From the NCBI GenBank assembly GCA_034408725.1, contig JAWXCN010000041.1:1-27393 (forward strand): DNA of 27,393 bases. The letters run 5' to 3'. Made by a program: the position numbers and the translations under genes. The stretch is from Candidatus Hydrogenedentota bacterium. GTDB taxonomy: Bacteria; Hydrogenedentota; Hydrogenedentia; Hydrogenedentales; SLHB01. Within the stretch, counting starts at the first letter, position 1. The number at the start of each line of letters is the position of its first letter. A model generated the notes under the pieces. That model was given only the letters and a program-made list of their open reading frames with translations, searched no databases and was not told where the DNA came from. Below, one piece after another: positions 27,278 to 27,393 of the stretch.

Positions 27278-27393
27278 ATGACACGCGAGTTCAAACTTCC
27301 TGCCCTTGCCGAGAATGTCGATAAAGTTACCGTCACTAAAATAATGGTCGCGGTCGGTGACGCGGTCCGCCGCGATCAACCGGTGATTGAAAT
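27278..27393 (+). CDS. aceF: Dihydrolipoamide acetyltransferase E2, N-terminal lipoyl domain (partial, runs off the window)
   Basis: Manual translation MTREFKLPALAENVDKVTVTKIMVAVGDAVRRDQPVIE matches the start of a lipoyl domain. Directly follows aceE. Confidence 0.88.
   Translation, partial: MTREFKLPALAENVDKVTVTKIMVAVGDAVRRDQPVIE

Overview
Bacterial chromosomal window, GC-rich by eye. The TolC, beta-barrel and periplasmic TPR proteins indicate a diderm; the taxon cannot be fixed from sequence alone. Left to right: a beta-barrel gene plus a heavy-metal-type RND efflux operon (TolC, MFP, CusA/CzcA family); a convergent CheB-CheR-multiPAS hybrid histidine kinase with a stand-alone receiver; a three-gene zinc-ribbon/TPR membrane operon that includes a 55-aa gene missed by the ORF track; a degenerate xylose-isomerase-like TIM barrel; a GH33 sialidase with a small membrane protein; a cytoplasmic histidine kinase coupled to a REC-GGDEF cyclase; a small secreted hypothetical; aceE and the start of aceF. 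The main non-coding feature is a modular family of REP/REPIN-like palindromes (TTGGAsTGCGG...CCGCTTT core). I count 12 copies in four intergenic loci, with covarying stems, a tandem 138-bp duplication and shared G-rich linker repeats, but no transposase in the window.
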